This document shows, piece after piece, positions 61,201 through 64,000 of a DNA stretch of 64,000 bases. The notes below the pieces were generated by a model. That model searched no databases and had not been told where the DNA came from. It was given only the letters and a program-made list of their open reading frames with translations. Every line of letters starts with the position of its first letter. The stretch's first letter is position 1. This DNA comes from Tubulanus polymorphus. Taxonomy: Eukaryota; Animalia; Nemertea. The stretch covers positions 31,827,868-31,891,867 of the forward strand of contig NC_134026.1 of assembly GCF_964204645.1 (NCBI RefSeq). Direction: 5' to 3'. A program made the position numbers and the translations under genes.

Positions 61201-62513
61201 CATGGCGGGATATCTCGATGCAGGGTGAGATATCTCGATGCAGTGATGAGATATCTCAATGCAGGGTGGGATATCTCGATGCAGGGTGAGATATCTCGAT
61301 GCAGCGATGAGATATCTCGATGCAGGGTGGGATATCTCGATGCAGGGTGAGATATCTTGATGCAGTGATGAGATATCTCGATGCAGGGTGGGATATCTCG
61401 ATGCAGGAATACATAGTATATATTTACTTGATTTGGTGTAATATTCAACCAAACATCAGGTAGTGTTTCCATTCCATGTGTTAATGTTGTCATATCTTGA
61501 ATCATATCAATGAAAGCCTTCGTAGATAGAACGCCCTCTGGTGCCACTAATGAGAACTGAAAAACAATCAGTTAAAGATAATTAGAGTCGTAGATTAACA
61601 ATCAAATCAATCAACCCACTCACAGCGCCCAACCCGGATCCCACCTGCAGCGCCCACCCCGAAGCCCACTCTTACCTGTTTATACAGTAACACTAATTGG
61701 TCAACTGTAAATATTTCCATCATTGGTTGCTCAATAGGTGTCGCCGGTGGCTCTGGACTCGGGGTTTCAATCACTTTCAAATCCTATAAATATAATCAGC
61801 ATCGAATGTAGTACATATCTCAGTAAATAGATGGCGCAGCAGTAAAACAACTTACAGTATTAAACATGAAATCCTGTTGATCGAGTCGAAGTTCGAAATC
61901 AATTCGTTCTCCAGATTCAATATGGTGTCTCATTACTTCAGATAGATAATCAATACTGAAAAATCAATCAATCAATTAACGGTCAATCAGCCAATCAATC
62001 AATCAATCGGTGAATGGTCAATCAATTAACAGTCAATGAATCGATGAACAGTCAATGAATCAAGTGAAAGAAGTAATTAATTACCTTTCCATTTCTTTAA
62101 GGAATCGAGCTCCTAACCAATCATTCATAGATTTAAATGTTAGATCAGCTTTTGATTTTAAATCCTGTAGTACAGAGAATCCTCGACATTTAATCAATTC
62201 TAATCTCACTTTACACGAGTCACCTACAAACATAAATACATCTATTACAGCATTCCTCCTCCTTCTTCTTATCATCGTTTCTTTCCTCATTCACCCATCT
62301 ATACTTACATTCTTCATTCAAACAGAAATAGTATTCTTGTGTTTTCCTTTCTTTTAATTCCTTCTTTGCCTTCTCTTCTTCACTTTCCTCCTCTACAAAC
62401 ATAGATATCCAGCATTGTATTGGAGAAGTGTTGGAGTGGTATTGGAGCGGTATTGGAGTAGTATTGGAGTATAGTATTGGAGACTTACCGACTGGAGTAG
62501 TTGAACTAACTGG

Positions 62514-62550
<37 letters not shown>

Positions 62551-63930
62551 TCTTTCTTCCCTTTTTTCGGAGATGGACTCCTACTTTTCTTTCCTCCTTT
62601 GCCTCCTTTACCTCCATCTTTTCCTCCTTTTTTTGCAGCTGATGCTTTTTCAGCATCTTTTTGTTTTTCTAATTCGCGTAGTTTTTCAGCCTCTTCCTCA
62701 GCTTCACGAGCCGCTTGTTCAATTGACATCTATATGAACAACACTGTATATATTAACATACACAACAAACAGCTCCTCCCCCTCTCATCCCCTCCCTGCT
62801 ATAACTCCTCCCCCTCCCATCCCCCTCCCCCTCTCAGCCATAACTCCTCCCTTCCTCCTCCACTAACCATTGAATGTATTGCTTGAATCGCTGTCCAATA
62901 AGCATCAAACATTAGTTTCTCATCAGCGTCACCAGGGGGCGGTGGTGTCTCTAATTCATCTCCTTGTTTCTTCTTTTTCTCTTTATCTTTAGAAGCTTTA
63001 CCCTGAGCGGCGGGAGCGTTGGGGTCAGGTGATACAGGTCGCCGTGGTACCAGTGGAATTCTGTAACAATCACACACATACATTATTACACCCTCTAGTG
63101 GCATGCGGCCGTACTAACAGCAAGAGTTTACACCCCCTAGTGGCATGCAGCGGTACTAACAGTATATATACAGTACCTGGGTTTAGATTCCTCAATTGCC
63201 GCAGTATCTGTCTGTGGTTCAGGAGTCTCTTTACTCTTACGTTTATTAGCAGCAGGTGGCGCCCCCGCGGAGGGTGTTATTGATTTACCCCGAGATCCCA
63301 TCTCGTCTACGTCCGCTGCTGTCTCCGTGGTTACGCTTTTAGCAGGTGAATCGGCTCTCTCTATAACGGGTAACTCTATTAGAGGGATTCGGGAATATTC
63401 GTCCTTTAATTCATCGGGAATCAGTCCGTCCATTCCTCGGTAATAATCCTTCAATAATCTAGTCGTATCCTGGAAACGGTCTAGTTCAGCCTGAAACCGA
63501 TAGATGGCGCCGTTGTGAAATTCACCGAGCGTAAAACAAACAACGAATACACGGGAATAAACGAGATATAATACCTGTATTAGAGTGATATAATGGTTGC
63601 TAAGGATACCTAATCTATCGTCTAACCAACCGTCGTTGATTGTTGTCGTTCGTTCATCTTCTGCTTGTTGTTTTCTCTCGTCACAAATTGACCACAAACG
63701 TTCTCGTAAATCATCGACACATTCGTGTAATTCACACCGAGTTTCATCATCGTTACGAGTATCATCTGCTACACTGTTATATTCCTACAACAATAGACGG
63801 AGCCACTAGTCATTTCTCAACTACTCACCATCATCACTAGGGGGCGCCTGTTGTTGTACTTACATCTTGCCACTGTTTAACAAACTCTTGTTTACTGTCG
63901 GGACGTCGCAAATATTCCATAAAATCCTTC
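58258..63930 (-). CDS. SPEF2: Sperm flagellar protein 2 (KPL2), 3' part; 5' end beyond the right edge
   Basis: DFMEYLRRPDSKQEFVKQWQ; DDETRCELHECVDDLRERLWSICDERKQQAEDER..GWLDDRLGILSNHYITLIQ|AELDRFQDTTRLLKDYY; DWLGARFLKEM; IDWRAFL; YDRLAHLKRALFDFF; LMYFA..DSHEGFLRAL. Stop TAA at 58260-58258. Confidence 0.93.
58572..59131. repeat. 32-bp minisatellite CCTACAGGGGGCGCTATTACAGAATAGTGGAT in a SPEF2 intron
   Basis: About 17 copies, each with a CTCF-like core. Confidence 0.93.
59917..60372. repeat. 9-bp repeat GAAACTAC(A/T) in a SPEF2 intron
   Basis: About 50 units. A 25-bp repeat also lies at 59440-59580. Confidence 0.92.
60655..61407. repeat. 20-21-bp palindromic minisatellite GAGATATCTCGATGCAGGGT in a SPEF2 intron
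   Basis: About 35 units with the dyad GAGATATCTC. Confidence 0.93.
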
Positions 63931-64000
63931 CTGAAAATATATCGAGGTTGAGAGGAGCGAGTCAGTGAGACAGGGGGCGTTGGGGGTCGGGGGCGGACGT

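Noticed and set aside
60724-61547. Cys/His-rich ORFs resembling zinc fingers
   Set aside because: They derive from an intronic 20-21-bp repeat of SPEF2; only 61547-61428 is exonic.

Overview
Gene-dense, AT-rich animal nuclear DNA with GT-AG spliceosomal introns. TTAGGG motifs and the gene set suggest a non-insect invertebrate, possibly a lophotrochozoan (inference). Eight conserved multi-exon genes can be read by hand: ANAPC4 (-, runs off the left edge), ARHGAP19 (+), a GRK4/5/6-type kinase (-), RAB28 (-), GNB1L (+), RPS6KB/S6K (-), PPIL2 (+) and SPEF2 (-, runs off the right edge). A ninth gene is the most striking. It is a spliced, signal-peptide-bearing homologue of the bacterial type VI secretion amidase toxin Tae4 (Dae4-like), nested antisense in an ANAPC4 intron, with both catalytic residues substituted (Cys>Ser, His>Arg). 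Many introns carry their own minisatellite. Non-coding highlights: the same CCAAT+(TTAGGG)n module in two divergent promoters; a duplicated cassette of tRNA-length B-box repeats, fold-back hairpins and CTCF-like motifs; a large interrupted inverted duplication enclosing three copies of a covarying structured element; and an apparent 1-nt frameshift in ANAPC4. All homology calls come from recalled motifs, not database searches. Most ORF-track entries are repeat or antisense artefacts.
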